A stretch of 64,000 nucleotides of DNA. Source: Acaryochloridaceae cyanobacterium VAR_48_metabat_390 (lineage in GTDB: Bacteria; Cyanobacteriota; Cyanobacteriia; Thermosynechococcales; Thermosynechococcaceae). A model generated the notes under the pieces. It searched no databases and had not been told where the DNA came from. It saw only the letters and a program-made list of their open reading frames with translations. The position numbers were made by a program, and so were the translations under genes. The stretch covers positions 32,001 through 96,000 of the forward strand of contig JANPLU010000112.1 of NCBI GenBank assembly GCA_031422435.1, in the 5' to 3' direction. This document shows positions 10,017 to 20,249 of this stretch, one piece after another (within the stretch, counting starts at the first letter, position 1; every line of letters starts with the position of its first letter).

Positions 10017-11556
10017 CTTGATCGTTGAACCCATCAGCGTTTTGCCGACGGATGAATATAACCAGACGCTGGTGTCCTATGTGCATCCCAACGACTGGGT
10101 CAACCCAACGCCGTCTGAGATTTATGATTTGGTGGTGATTGGCGCAGGTACCGCAGGATTAGTGGTTGCAGCAGGCGCAGCGGGACTAGATATAGGACTC
10201 AAGGTTGCCCTTATCGAAAAGCATTTAATGGGCGGGGACTGTCTTAATGTTGGCTGTGTGCCTTCTAAGTGCATCATCCGGTCTTCGCGGGTAATGGGGG
10301 AACTATGGGGCGCAGCAGATCTGGGTATCAAAGTACCCGATGGGGTTGAGGTCGATTTTGCTGCGGTGATGGAGCGGATGCGTCGGCTGCGCGCTGGTAT
10401 TAGCCATCACGACTCAGCGGCTCGTTTTCAAAAGCTCGGCATTGACGTGTTTTTAGGCAATGGGTGTTTCAGTGGCGACAGCATGATTGAAGTAGGCGGT
10501 CAGACCCTGCGCTTCAAGAAAGCCGTCATTGCCACGGGCGCAAGAGCCGTGCGCCCTGCGCTCAAAGGAATTGAAGACGCTGGATTTTTAACCAATGAAA
10601 CGGTCTTTTCCCTGACCGAACGTCCAAATCGGTTGGCGGTGATTGGCGGTGGACCCATTGGCTGTGAGCTAGCCCAGGCTTTTCGGCGATTGGGTTGTGA
10701 AGTGGTGCTGTTCCATCGCGGCAGTCACCTTCTTAATAAAGAAGACGCAGACGCTGCCGATATTGTGCAAAAAGTTTTGGTGCGCGAAGGAATTCGCCTT
10801 GTGCTGGAGGCTCAACTAGAGCGGGTTGAAAAAACTGAAGCCGGAAAGACAGTTTACTTTAAGGTTGATGGCAGTCTGGACTCTATCACCGTGGATGAAA
10901 TTCTGGTAGGTGCAGGTAGAGCGCCCAATGTGGAAGAGCTTAATTTAGAAGGCGTTAGGGTAGATTTTGACCCTAAAAAAGGGGTGACAGTTAACGACTA
11001 TCTGCAAACCACTAACCCCAAAATTTATGCGGCGGGAGATATCTGTATGGACTGGAAGTTTACCCACGCAGCGGATGCGGCGGCTCGCATTGTGATTAAA
11101 AATACGCTTTTTTCACCCTTTGGTTTAGGTCGCTCTAAGTTGAGTGACCTAACGATGCCTTGGGTTACGTTTACGGATCCTGAGATTGGCCATGTGGGTC
11201 TTTCAGAAGAAGAAGCTCAAAAGCAGGGGATTGCAGTTAACACCATCTTAATTCCGCTAAGTCAGGTGGATCGGGCGATCGCCGATGGAGAAACCGAAGG
11301 CTTTGTTAAAATCCACCACAAGAAAGGCTCTGACCAGATTGTTGGAGCCACCATCGTGGCGCGTCACGCGGGAGAAATGATTTCTGAAGTCACCACGGCA
11401 ATTGTCGGGAAACTGGGCTTAAGTACCCTCAGTGGTGTGATCCATCCCTACCCCACTCAGGCTGAAGGCATAAAAAAAGCAGCCGATGCCTATCGACGAA
11501 CGTTACTAACGCCGAGGTCAAAAAAGCTGCTGAAATGGTTAACAAAAATCTCTTAA
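10009..11556 (+). CDS. Class I pyridine nucleotide-disulfide oxidoreductase (MerA/LPD-like, no C-terminal Cys pair)
   Basis: GAGTAG FAD site, GGDCLNVGCVPSK redox disulfide, GGGPIG and HPYPTQAE. Confidence 0.85.
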   Translation: MHDLIVEPISVLPTDEYNQTLVSYVHPNDWVNPTPSEIYDLVVIGAGTAGLVVAAGAAGLDIGLKVALIEKHLMGGDCLNVGCVPSKCIIRSSRVMGELWGAADLGIKVPDGVEVDFAAVMERMRRLRAGISHHDSAARFQKLGIDVFLGNGCFSGDSMIEVGGQTLRFKKAVIATGARAVRPALKGIEDAGFLTNETVFSLTERPNRLAVIGGGPIGCELAQAFRRLGCEVVLFHRGSHLLNKEDADAADIVQKVLVREGIRLVLEAQLERVEKTEAGKTVYFKVDGSLDSITVDEILVGAGRAPNVEELNLEGVRVDFDPKKGVTVNDYLQTTNPKIYAAGDICMDWKFTHAADAAARIVIKNTLFSPFGLGRSKLSDLTMPWVTFTDPEIGHVGLSEEEAQKQGIAVNTILIPLSQVDRAIADGETEGFVKIHHKKGSDQIVGATIVARHAGEMISEVTTAIVGKLGLSTLSGVIHPYPTQAEGIKKAADAYRRTLLTPRSKKLLKWLTKIS

Positions 11557-11616
11557 CAAGAGTGGGCTTTCATTTGACAAGCTTTGCTATTGGGCTCAGG
11601 ACAACCCCTGAGAGCT

Positions 11617-12114
11617 TCACCACCCCCAAGTTCCTGGATCTCCCTTAAAAGGCCCCACAATATCTTGGGTAATCCAGCCGCCGTAAAAGTCTCCTGGCTG
11701 GGACTGCACCCGCTCTCCATCGACATAGCAGGCATCCATTCGGCTAGGGTAAAACGCAATGTAGCAACGGATGCCCTCAAACTGAGGCGTGGGTTCTGGA
11801 TAGTACCAGGCTGCGGCTTCGAGGAGCCTACCTCCCACGGCTAAATTGTAGTAAGCCGCCATCCCTTTCCACTCGCAGAAGCTAGTGTGTGTCATAGGCT
11901 GGCAGTATTCCAGCCGCACATCCTCCGGCGGGATGTAGTAGACGGGCGGATGGCTTGTTTCTAAAACGCGCTGGGCGCGACGAGTCTCAGCAATCATTAC
12001 CCCACCGCACTCCACTTGGACTAATTTTGCCGTCGCTTCTAGGGCAGGCGGACGTGGATAGTCCCAGACAGACTCTTGCCCAGGCTCTGGCTGAATTCGT
12101 TGTGAGCCAAACAT
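11617..12114 (-). CDS. DUF427 domain protein
   Basis: QESVWDYPRPP, ETSHPPVYY, CEWKG and FYGGWIT motifs. Confidence 0.85.
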   Translation of the reverse strand: MFGSQRIQPEPGQESVWDYPRPPALEATAKLVQVECGGVMIAETRRAQRVLETSHPPVYYIPPEDVRLEYCQPMTHTSFCEWKGMAAYYNLAVGGRLLEAAAWYYPEPTPQFEGIRCYIAFYPSRMDACYVDGERVQSQPGDFYGGWITQDIVGPFKGDPGTWGW

Positions 12115-12152
12115 AAACTTAACCAACCCTATCGACAATGCAACATATACGC

Positions 12153-12179
12153 AAAAAGCACCTCCCAAAAGAGGTGCTT
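12153..12179 (-). terminator. Rho-independent terminator downstream of psbM
   Basis: AAGCACCTC/GAGGTGCTT stem followed by a T-run on the - strand. Confidence 0.65.
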
Positions 12180-12300
12180 CTTAGAAACTCCAGCGTGAGG
12201 CAAAGAGGCACCCAGTGAGCCCCGAGCACTAAGAGTTAAATCTGAATTGCTCAGACAAGCCCTGAATTGTTAAATCCCCCACACCCAATCCATCAAAACC

Positions 12301-12408
12301 TTAACCTTCTCCGCGACTGGCTGTTTGAACATACAAAATGATCAGAAAAACCGTCGGCACAAACACGAATAAAGCCGTAGCAATCAATCCAAGATTATTA
12401 ACTTCCAT
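12301..12408 (-). CDS. psbM: Photosystem II protein M
   Basis: Hand translation [35 protein letters not shown]; absent from the ORF track. Confidence 0.95.
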   Translation of the reverse strand: MEVNNLGLIATALFVFVPTVFLIILYVQTASRGEG

Positions 12409-12502
12409 AGGAATTAACTCTTTTTATCCCAGCACAGATCTATAAGACTACAATACTATCGTTGCGTCATGGTCAAGCTTAAATGCGCCATAATGCCGAA
12501 GG

Positions 12503-12895
12503 TCAAGGCTTTGTCTCTACCGTCACCGAACCATTAACCATTGTTTGACAAGCAAGACGGTAGCTTTCAGGGCGTTTCTTGAGCCTCCGGTTTTCAAAAT
12601 CCGTGCGCGGTGAAAGCTGATCGGCTCCTTCCGTGATGTTGACGACGCAGGTTGCACATTGCCCAATGCCCCCACAGTTCATCAGCTTGCCCTTAAACGT
12701 GTAGATATCAACCCCATTTTCGATCGCCTTTTGCCGTAGGTTTGCGCCTGCCGCCGCCGTAACCTCTTTACCTTCCTTAATGAAATTGATGCTCGCCAAA
12801 AATGACATTGGCTTAGCGCTCTGGGGTATTGCAGCGGTCACAGATGAATCCTCGACAGATGCCTGCTGCTCTGCGGGATTGGTCGCTTGACTCAT
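12503..12895 (-). CDS. 2Fe-2S ferredoxin-like protein
   Basis: [11 protein letters not shown] and RLACQ; adjacent to psbM as is usual in cyanobacteria. Confidence 0.9.
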   Translation of the reverse strand: MSQATNPAEQQASVEDSSVTAAIPQSAKPMSFLASINFIKEGKEVTAAAGANLRQKAIENGVDIYTFKGKLMNCGGIGQCATCVVNITEGADQLSPRTDFENRRLKKRPESYRLACQTMVNGSVTVETKP

Positions 12896-13037
12896 AAAAC
12901 AGGTCTCCTCGAAACAACCTTAGAAATCTAAAAATGCGAAGAAATATTACGGGTAGTAGCCGCATAAGTCTCTTTAAAGCGCGTCAAACCTATTGTTTTC
13001 AAAACATTAAGCTTCCTTGAAAACTGATGAGACACTC

Positions 13038-13055
13038 GTTACAGTTCTTTATATA
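13038..13055. promoter_or_regulatory. Possible HLR1 (RpaB) direct repeat in the psbB/ferredoxin intergenic region
   Basis: GTTACAGT-tc-TTTATATA resembles the (G/T)TTACA(T/A)(T/A)-N2 repeat. Confidence 0.35.
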
Positions 13056-13415
13056 GTTTAATAGTTTTCTGCCTCAACGCTGTTATTTAGGCCACTGACA
13101 CGGCCTTCTTAGCAAAGCAAACTTTAGGCTTAAAACACCTAATGAATAAGAACTTCACGACGGAAGGTGTTCTGGCAGACTCATCAAATAAGCTAAGTAC
13201 ATAACCACCAAGGCGCTTCATGCCAAGTGCTTAAGTATGCTTCAATAGTGGTCAATGACTCTCTTAGTTTGCTCAGATGCCTGAGTCTAACAAAAGACGC
13301 TTCCAATGGCTGTTTCAGCCGTTGAGGCAAGGTTTAATATTCCTCGGGGTATCGAGCCTCGGAATAAAAACTGTTGGAAAAATGTAACGATATTTTAAGA
13401 GGAGGAGCGTAGTCA

Positions 13416-14942
13416 ATGGGACTACCCTGGTACCGCGTCCACACGGTCTTAATTAACGACCCAGGGCGACTGATCGCAACGCACTTGATGCATACCGCGC
13501 TGGTCGCAGGCTGGGCTGGCTCCATGGCTCTCTATGAGCTAGCCGTTTTTGACCCCAGCGATCCAATTTTGAACCCCATGTGGCGGCAGGGCATGTTTGT
13601 ACTGCCCTTTATGTCACGATTGGGCATTACGTCTTCTTGGGGCGGCTGGAGCGTTTTAGGTGAAACGGGCGTTAATCCGGGCTTCTGGAGTTTTGAAGGC
13701 GTTGCGCTGGCGCACATTGTGCTGAGCGGCCTTTTGTTTTTAGCTGCCATCTGGCACTGGGTTTACTGGGATCTTGAGCTATTTAGAGACCCCCGCACGG
13801 GTGAACCGGCGCTAGATCTGCCCAAGATGTTTGGGATTCACCTATTTTTGTCTGGTCTGCTGTGCTTTGGTTTTGGCGCTTTCCATCTCACAGGTCTATG
13901 GGGACCTGGGATGTGGGTTTCTGACCCCTACGGATTAACGGGGCATGTTCAGCCCGTTGCTCCAGAGTGGGGACCTGACGGGTTTAATCCTTACAATCCA
14001 GGCGGTATTGTGGCTCACCACATTGCAGCAGGGGTTGTGGGCATTATTGCTGGTCTGTTTCACCTGATTGTGCGCCCTCCTCAGCGGCTCTATAAGGCAC
14101 TGCGGATGGGGAACATCGAAACGGTGCTTTCTAGCAGTATTGCGGCTGTGTTCTTTGCTGCGTTTATCGTGGCTGGCACCATGTGGTACGGAACCGCTGC
14201 AACGCCCATTGAGCTATTTGGCCCTACTCGCTATCAGTGGGACAACAGCTACTTCCAGCAAGAAATGGTGCGTCGAGTGCAAACCGGTGTTGCTAACGGC
14301 AAGAGCATTGCCGAAGCTTGGGAAGGGATTCCTGAGAAGCTGGCATTTTACGACTATGTGGGCAATAGCCCCGCCAAGGGTGGGCTGTTTCGCACAGGCG
14401 CAATGAACAGCGGAGATGGCATTGCCCGTCAGTGGCAAGGACATCCCGTGTTCAAAGACAGTACAGGCGAAGAGCTATTTGTGCGTCGCCTACCGAATTT
14501 CTTTGAAACGTTCCCTGTGCTTTTAGTCGATGGCGCTGGCGAAATCAAAGCTGATATCCCGTTCCGTCGGGCTGAGTCTAAGTACAGCTTTGAGCAGAAG
14601 GGCATTACGGTGAGCCTCTACGGTGGCGCATTGGATGGTCAAACCTTCACGGATGCGGCAACGGTCAAGAAGTATGCCCGTAAGGCGCAGCTCGGCGAAC
14701 CTTTCGAGTTTGACTCTGAAACGTTAAGCTCTGACGGGATTTTCCGAACCAGTCCTCGCGGTTGGTTTACCTTTGGTCATGCCTGCTTCGCGCTGCTGTT
14801 TTTCTTTGGTCACATTTGGCACGGCGCTCGCACGCTGTTCCGTGATGTGTTTGCTGGGGTTGACCCAGACCTTGCCGAAGAACAGGTTGAGTGGGGCTAT
14901 TACCAAAAGCTGGGCGATACGTCTACTCGCAGTAGAGTTTAA
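13416..14942 (+). CDS. psbB: Photosystem II CP47
   Basis: [19 protein letters not shown] start, 508 aa, GGAGGAG RBS. Confidence 0.99.
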   Translation: MGLPWYRVHTVLINDPGRLIATHLMHTALVAGWAGSMALYELAVFDPSDPILNPMWRQGMFVLPFMSRLGITSSWGGWSVLGETGVNPGFWSFEGVALAHIVLSGLLFLAAIWHWVYWDLELFRDPRTGEPALDLPKMFGIHLFLSGLLCFGFGAFHLTGLWGPGMWVSDPYGLTGHVQPVAPEWGPDGFNPYNPGGIVAHHIAAGVVGIIAGLFHLIVRPPQRLYKALRMGNIETVLSSSIAAVFFAAFIVAGTMWYGTAATPIELFGPTRYQWDNSYFQQEMVRRVQTGVANGKSIAEAWEGIPEKLAFYDYVGNSPAKGGLFRTGAMNSGDGIARQWQGHPVFKDSTGEELFVRRLPNFFETFPVLLVDGAGEIKADIPFRRAESKYSFEQKGITVSLYGGALDGQTFTDAATVKKYARKAQLGEPFEFDSETLSSDGIFRTSPRGWFTFGHACFALLFFFGHIWHGARTLFRDVFAGVDPDLAEEQVEWGYYQKLGDTSTRSRV

Positions 14943-14953
14943 CTCTCTCTAAT

Positions 14954-14998
14954 AAAGGTGCTCTAGGGCTGCGCTGCTGCTTTTAGGGCACCTTTTTT
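14954..14998 (+). terminator. Stem-loop/terminator after psbB
   Basis: AAAGGTGCTCTA...TAGGGCACCTTT followed by Ts. Confidence 0.65.
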
Positions 14999-15044
14999 GA
15001 TATCACGCTACCCTGAACACTATCAAGATTTTGGTGAGGCTCCT

Positions 15045-15143
15045 ATGGAAGCGATCGCATACGTATTCATCTTTGCCTGTTTGTTGGGTCTGTTCTTCTT
15101 TGCTATTTTCTTCCGTGAACCGCCGCGTATTACGAAGGATTAG
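15045..15143 (+). CDS. psbT: Photosystem II protein T
   Basis: Hand translation [32 protein letters not shown]. Confidence 0.96.
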   Translation: MEAIAYVFIFACLLGLFFFAIFFREPPRITKD

Positions 15144-15160
15144 TCTAGTTTAAAGACCAT

Positions 15161-15197
15161 AGAGATCCCCCTCAGGACTAACCTAAGGGGGATTTTT
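15161..15197 (+). terminator. Terminator after psbT
   Basis: ATCCCCCT...AGGGGGAT stem followed by a T-run. Confidence 0.6.
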
Positions 15198-15244
15198 CAT
15201 ACTAAAACCAGCGTCTGTGCCGCTATGATAGAAATGTGCTTTTC

Positions 15245-15317
15245 GGGGAATTAGCTCAGTTGGTAGAGTGCTGCGATCGCACCGCAGAGGTCAGGGGTTC
15301 GAATCCCCTATTCTCCA
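15245..15317 (+). tRNA. tRNA-Ala(CGC)
   Basis: Cloverleaf with a G3:U70 acceptor pair, CTGCG/CGCAG anticodon stem with CGC, GTTCGAATC T-loop; CCA not encoded. Confidence 0.96.
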
Positions 15318-15423
15318 TCTTTTATTCGGTCAGCTTTTTCTTTGACAAGTAATGAGGCCAACCCAATTAGATAATGGGTCGAACCAGATTTAGAGTCCGG
15401 TCCCCGTCTAATAGGGTGCCGAT

Positions 15424-15846
15424 CTAATCCTCTGCGATGTCGCCATCCTCACCCAGCTGCTTAAGATGGATGTGCTTATAACCCAGCTTGATTTCAAACT
15501 CATCACCCGCCTTAAGACCCATCTTCTCGGTGTAGCCAGAACCGATCACAATGGTTCCATTTTTATGAACCGTTAACCGATAGGTGGCCTCTCGCCCTCT
15601 ACCATCCTTACTACTCTCTGACTCTAGAGAAACACCTCTAGCCTCAAGGATAGCGTTGATGAATCCACTGATATTTACGCGAGAATTTCCATTTTTCCCA
15701 ATGCTTACGTAGCCGCATTCACGCGCTTTTGCGCTGCGAGATAGCTTGGGAATTTCTTTGAGCTTTTGTAGCAATGCTTTGCCGGTTAAAGGCTTTGCTT
15801 CTAGCTCTCTTTCGGTTTTTACTTCAGCTTTCGCTTTCTTCGCCAT
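15424..15846 (-). CDS. Cyanobacterial AbrB-family transcriptional regulator (cyAbrB)
   Basis: PLTGKALL, ARECGY, GREATYRLTVHKNG and FEIKLGYKHIHL motifs. Confidence 0.92.
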   Translation of the reverse strand: MAKKAKAEVKTERELEAKPLTGKALLQKLKEIPKLSRSAKARECGYVSIGKNGNSRVNISGFINAILEARGVSLESESSKDGRGREATYRLTVHKNGTIVIGSGYTEKMGLKAGDEFEIKLGYKHIHLKQLGEDGDIAED

Positions 15847-16133
15847 TGAGAGTGGTGCCTTTATATATCTTGAATGTTGAATGTATCTAAAATTCTAGCC
15901 TAGATTAAATAAAATTCAATCATTAATAATGATGTGCTTATCTCTATTTCTCCAAATAATCCTTGCTCTTAATTCATTCCTGTTGAAAATTAGCAAATCT
16001 TACTTTCCCTCTGATTTATCTTAGGGATTTGCGGCAAAAAGGCGATCGCTAATCTTTATCGAGTTTGTACAGTGTGATTCATTTAGGTGTTGAATAGAAG
16101 TCGTTGATAGCATTGAGATGGACAAAACACAGA

Positions 16134-16796
16134 ATGATGCAGAGACCGTTTAGCAAAACCGTACTTCTATTATTTGCTTTGCTAATTCCAATGCTGGAGC
16201 TGGCCTGTAGCCGTTCTGGTGAAAATTCTACAACTGAAGATGTAAAGACCCAATCTCCCCCTCAATATACTGCCGCTTTAGGAGGCTTCCAACTGCTTAA
16301 GGGTACCCCTTACCTCATGGCTCCCGTGACGAATATCGAGTCACGCTCAGATAGAAGTTCATCGGGTGAATCCTACAACAGCGGAGTGCAAAACCATAAC
16401 CTAGTCTTACTAGACACAAATTCTTTGGTCTCTCATCGACTGTTTGACAAGAATGTCTATGTCATTACCCAGACCGACCAGTACACTCAAAAGGTCAATG
16501 GTAAGGACGTAACCCGATGGCTGGTGCATCAGGTTCTTAAATCAGATACTGATGGCAATAAGCGCTTGGATCAGAACGATCTACGAACTTTAGGGATATC
16601 ATTAGCAAGTGGTAAAAAATATGTTGAGGTTTTAACGGGCATCACCGAAATTTTTGGCCTGACAATGGTGGATCCTGGAAAATTAATCGTGATCTATGGC
16701 AAAAACAGAGCCAAGATAGCCAGCATTATTGACCTCGACAAACGCACTACAATAGCGACCCAGCCCATCGTTGACCTGGGTATTCAAGTGAAATGA
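16134..16796 (+). CDS. Hypothetical lipoprotein
   Basis: Signal peptide with LELAC lipobox; DTDGNKRLD Dx[DN]xDG-like calcium loop. Confidence 0.7.
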   Translation: MMQRPFSKTVLLLFALLIPMLELACSRSGENSTTEDVKTQSPPQYTAALGGFQLLKGTPYLMAPVTNIESRSDRSSSGESYNSGVQNHNLVLLDTNSLVSHRLFDKNVYVITQTDQYTQKVNGKDVTRWLVHQVLKSDTDGNKRLDQNDLRTLGISLASGKKYVEVLTGITEIFGLTMVDPGKLIVIYGKNRAKIASIIDLDKRTTIATQPIVDLGIQVK

Positions 16797-17177
16797 AGCT
16801 CTACTGAAGGGGAACCGTGAGGATTTTAAGACTGTGCAGCCCATTGCCTTATATCGGAAAACAGTAGGCGTACCCACAGCGGTGGGGGTAAGTCAGGGAG
16901 GGCTACATGCCTTCATGATAGGTACTCAGCGAGTAAAGAGCGGTGGACAAGTTTTTGAGCGCCCTGTTGTTTTTGTGGGTGCCAATCCCAATCCCGTTCC
17001 CAATGCTGACCAGTGGATTGCGGTTTTGCACCTCATCCGATTTTCGCAGCCGAATGCCTGGACTTTTGACGAGGCGGCGATCTCCCAGGTTATGGATCAT
17101 CAGCTTGTGGATGCGCCCAGTTCATTGGACAAAACAGACGCCTGAAGCATTTCTTCGGCCTACAATGCAGCGCAACC

Positions 17178-17729
17178 TTAGCTAAGATGCTGCTGGGCTT
17201 TCCATTCAAACAAGTCATCAATCGACACAAATTCAGTCAAGATTCCATTTTCGGCACCGCGAGACACCAAGCTAGGGTCAGTTGTAAATACCGCACATTC
17301 AAAACGATTCATTGGGATCTTCCAGTGTTCGCTCAGGAAAGTTTTAAGTCTGCCAACCTGCGCTAAGACATCCTTTCGCTTCTTTGTACGGCGGCGCTGA
17401 GCCGTTGTTCCGTGAGCTCCTAAATCAATATATTTAGTTTCAATTAAAAAGAGGGACTGCTGCGTGGTGAGGTACACAAAGTCACATTTGCCCAGATCCG
17501 TCCGGTTGTCCAAGTCTGGAGATTTTTCAAAGAGTAGAAGGCGATCGCAGGTGGGCAAATACTGCCTAATATTGAGATACACAAACGCCTGAAGCAGCAG
17601 CTCTTTATCATAGGGAAAACAAACCACCCCCTCAAAAAAGCGACGGACATCGTCGGGAGGCTCCGGCTGAATCGTCTGGCAGGCTTGAACAAACTGGTTG
17701 AGGGACGCCTGTACTGCAACGGATTCCAT
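17178..17729 (-). CDS. Hypothetical protein, possible PD-(D/E)XK nuclease fold
   Basis: 183 aa ORF with GKCDFVY...FLIETK (D...ExK). Confidence 0.55.
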   Translation of the reverse strand: MESVAVQASLNQFVQACQTIQPEPPDDVRRFFEGVVCFPYDKELLLQAFVYLNIRQYLPTCDRLLLFEKSPDLDNRTDLGKCDFVYLTTQQSLFLIETKYIDLGAHGTTAQRRRTKKRKDVLAQVGRLKTFLSEHWKIPMNRFECAVFTTDPSLVSRGAENGILTEFVSIDDLFEWKAQQHLS

Positions 17730-18045
17730 TTAGGTGAGGGTTGGGTGCGGATTTGATAGAGATTACAAACGCTTACAGTGTAGAGCGTCTAACTTCAAAA
17801 TCCTGGTTGCGATGTCACCATTCACCGACGTTAAGGGCGAATCTGGACATTCTTAACAATGGCGTGGAGGTAGGGCGCAAAACGATATTCCCTGAAAAGC
17901 CACATCAAATATTGTGTCAACATTATGAGTATTGTTTCAGGCAGATCAATGCCTTTGCCTTGGACGTTAGGCTTAGGTCAGTGTAGGCTTCCGATCTGTT
18001 GCTCTACAAAACTTTTATGCAGATTACCCAAGGGAGTTTTAAAGT

Positions 18046-19572
18046 ATGAAATTGGCGTATTGGATGTATGCTGGCCCCGCACACATTGGCACACTCCGCA
18101 TTGCCAGCTCATTCAAAAATGTCCACGGCATTATGCACGCCCCCCTGGGGGATGACTATTTCAACGTGATGCGCTCCATGCTGACTCGTGAGCGTGACTT
18201 TACCCCTGTCACCACTAGCGTTGTTGATCGGCACGTTTTAGCCCGTGGCTCCCAAGAAAAGGTGGTAGACAATATTACGCGCAAAGATGCAGAAGAGCAT
18301 CCTGACCTGATTGTGCTGACTCCCACCTGCACCTCTAGTATTTTGCAAGAAGACCTTCAGAACTTTGTCGAACGCGCTGCCGAAACGTCTCAGGGTGACG
18401 TGCTGCTGGCAGATATTAACCACTATCGCTACAACGAGCTTCAGGCTGCTGACCGCACCCTCGACCAGATTGTGCAGTTCTACATCGAAAAAGCCCGTAA
18501 AGATGGGTCGCTGCCCCAAGGCAAAACCGCAAAGCCTTCGGTCAATATTATTGGCATGACCACCCTAGGGTTCCACAATAACCACGACGCAACTGAGTTA
18601 AAGCGTTTGATGGCGGATCTGGGTATTGAGGTCAACGAGATTATTCCAGAGGGTGCCTTTGTCAACAACCTGAAGCGTCTGCCCCAAGCTTGGTTTAACC
18701 TTGTCCCCTACCGCGAAATTGGAGTGACGACTGCCCAGTATCTCGAAAAAGAATTTGGGATGCCCTGCGTAGACATTACCCCAATGGGCATTGTAGAGAC
18801 GGCACGCTGCATCCGCTCTATTCAAAAGGTGCTGAATGCCCAGGGTGCGGAGGTCGATTACGAACCCTACATTGATGAGCAAACTCGCTTTGTGTCTCAG
18901 GCGGCCTGGTTCTCTCGCTCCATTGACTGCCAAAACCTGACGGGCAAAAAAGCCGTTGTGTTTGGCGATAATACCCACGCTGCCGCCATGACCAAAATTT
19001 TGGCACGGGAAATGGGGATTCATGTGGTGATGGCTGGCACCTACTGCAAATACGACGCGGACTGGTTTAGAGATCAGGTCAGCGAATACTGCGATGAAGT
19101 GCTGATTACCGATGATCATGGCGAAATTGGCGACAAAATTGCAAAGCATGAGCCATCCGCCATCTTTGGCACCCAAATGGAGCGGCACGTTGGCAAACGC
19201 CTGGATATCCCCTGCGGCGTAATTGCGGCTCCCATCCACATTCAAAACTTTCCGGTCGGCTATACCCCCTATTTGGGCTATGAGGGCGCAAACCAAGTGG
19301 TGGATTTGGTCTATAACTCTTTCACCTTAGGCATGGAAGATCATCTGCTCGAAATCTTTGGCGGTCACGATACCAAAGAGGTGATTACCAAAACCATGTC
19401 GGCTGGGTCAGATCTTGGCTGGACACCGGATGGACAGGCAGAGCTGAACAAAATTCCTGGATTTGTGCGGGGCAAGGTCAAGCGCAATGCCGAGAAGTTT
19501 GCTCGCGATCGCGGTTTTGCCGAAATCAATGCAGAAGTTCTCTATGCTGCCAAAGAAGCTGTGGGTGCGTAG
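18046..19572 (+). CDS. chlB: Dark-operative protochlorophyllide reductase subunit B
   Basis: [25 protein letters not shown] and C-terminal [13 protein letters not shown]. Confidence 0.98.
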   Translation: MKLAYWMYAGPAHIGTLRIASSFKNVHGIMHAPLGDDYFNVMRSMLTRERDFTPVTTSVVDRHVLARGSQEKVVDNITRKDAEEHPDLIVLTPTCTSSILQEDLQNFVERAAETSQGDVLLADINHYRYNELQAADRTLDQIVQFYIEKARKDGSLPQGKTAKPSVNIIGMTTLGFHNNHDATELKRLMADLGIEVNEIIPEGAFVNNLKRLPQAWFNLVPYREIGVTTAQYLEKEFGMPCVDITPMGIVETARCIRSIQKVLNAQGAEVDYEPYIDEQTRFVSQAAWFSRSIDCQNLTGKKAVVFGDNTHAAAMTKILAREMGIHVVMAGTYCKYDADWFRDQVSEYCDEVLITDDHGEIGDKIAKHEPSAIFGTQMERHVGKRLDIPCGVIAAPIHIQNFPVGYTPYLGYEGANQVVDLVYNSFTLGMEDHLLEIFGGHDTKEVITKTMSAGSDLGWTPDGQAELNKIPGFVRGKVKRNAEKFARDRGFAEINAEVLYAAKEAVGA

Positions 19573-19584
19573 AGCTGCATTATC

Positions 19585-19618
19585 CTGTAGGGGCGCACAT
19601 ACCTTGCGCCCCCTACAG
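19585..19618. repeat. GTAG-type REP-like palindrome between convergent genes
   Basis: CTGTAGGGGCGCA-n7-TGCGCCCCCTACAG. Confidence 0.65.
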
Positions 19619-19627
19619 TGTGCTACT

Positions 19628-20176
19628 TCAATTCAGGCCATGTCGCCATTTTTCTAGCTTCTTCTTAGCATCCGGATCTAAAGAATGCGACAGCAATCGC
19701 GTGGACGTTTTTTTGTTAGATCGCTGCTTGCGTTGAATACTTAAGGCGATCGCCTCTACATCCCCCAAAAGCTGCTGGGCAGAGATCCATTCTGCGCCGT
19801 AGCCCATCACGGTGAGCTGCTGAGCGCGGTCGTTGGTGGCAACAATGAGACGATGGTGAGCCTTACGCGCTTGAAACCGTGCCTGAGAACAAAAGAGTTC
19901 AATGTGCGTATCGGCGGTTTCGCCATACTCGGTATAAAAAATTTCTAAGGCGTTGGTAATGAGTTCAGAATTGCCATAGGAGCCGTGGCGCTGGTGGGCA
20001 TCAAATATGATGCGAGTCTGGTAGCCTTGAAACGCACTATAGTTGGCTAACTCTTCAATGAGCTGTTCTCGCGCAGCGTCCAAGGTCGCGCGATCGCCGC
20101 AAAACGCAAGGGGCATCCAGGCTCCAATCACGTTGTAGCCATCGACGAGGAGCGTCACATCTGAGGGAGCTGCCAT
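19628..20176 (-). CDS. NYN domain ribonuclease (YacP/Rae1-like)
   Basis: LLVDGYNVIG, IIFDA, ETAD and VATND motifs. Confidence 0.88.
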   Translation of the reverse strand: MAAPSDVTLLVDGYNVIGAWMPLAFCGDRATLDAAREQLIEELANYSAFQGYQTRIIFDAHQRHGSYGNSELITNALEIFYTEYGETADTHIELFCSQARFQARKAHHRLIVATNDRAQQLTVMGYGAEWISAQQLLGDVEAIALSIQRKQRSNKKTSTRLLSHSLDPDAKKKLEKWRHGLN

Positions 20177-20249
20177 AAAACATGCCGAGTGAGGTACAGC
20201 AGACTTTTTCTATTGTTACATTTTGATCTATCTTTCTTAAAAATCTGAC

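Noticed and set aside
10009..11556. Calling this gene merA
   Set aside because: No C-terminal Cys pair, no N-terminal metal-binding domain and no mer genes nearby
16834..17145. 103 aa GTG-start ORF
   Set aside because: Could be real, but there is no motif or clear RBS and there are competing overlapping frames; not supportable
18598..19296. 232 aa antisense ORF inside chlB, and similar shadow ORFs in acnB, psbB, leuC and GH57
   Set aside because: They lie opposite well-conserved genes and have no recognisable motifs
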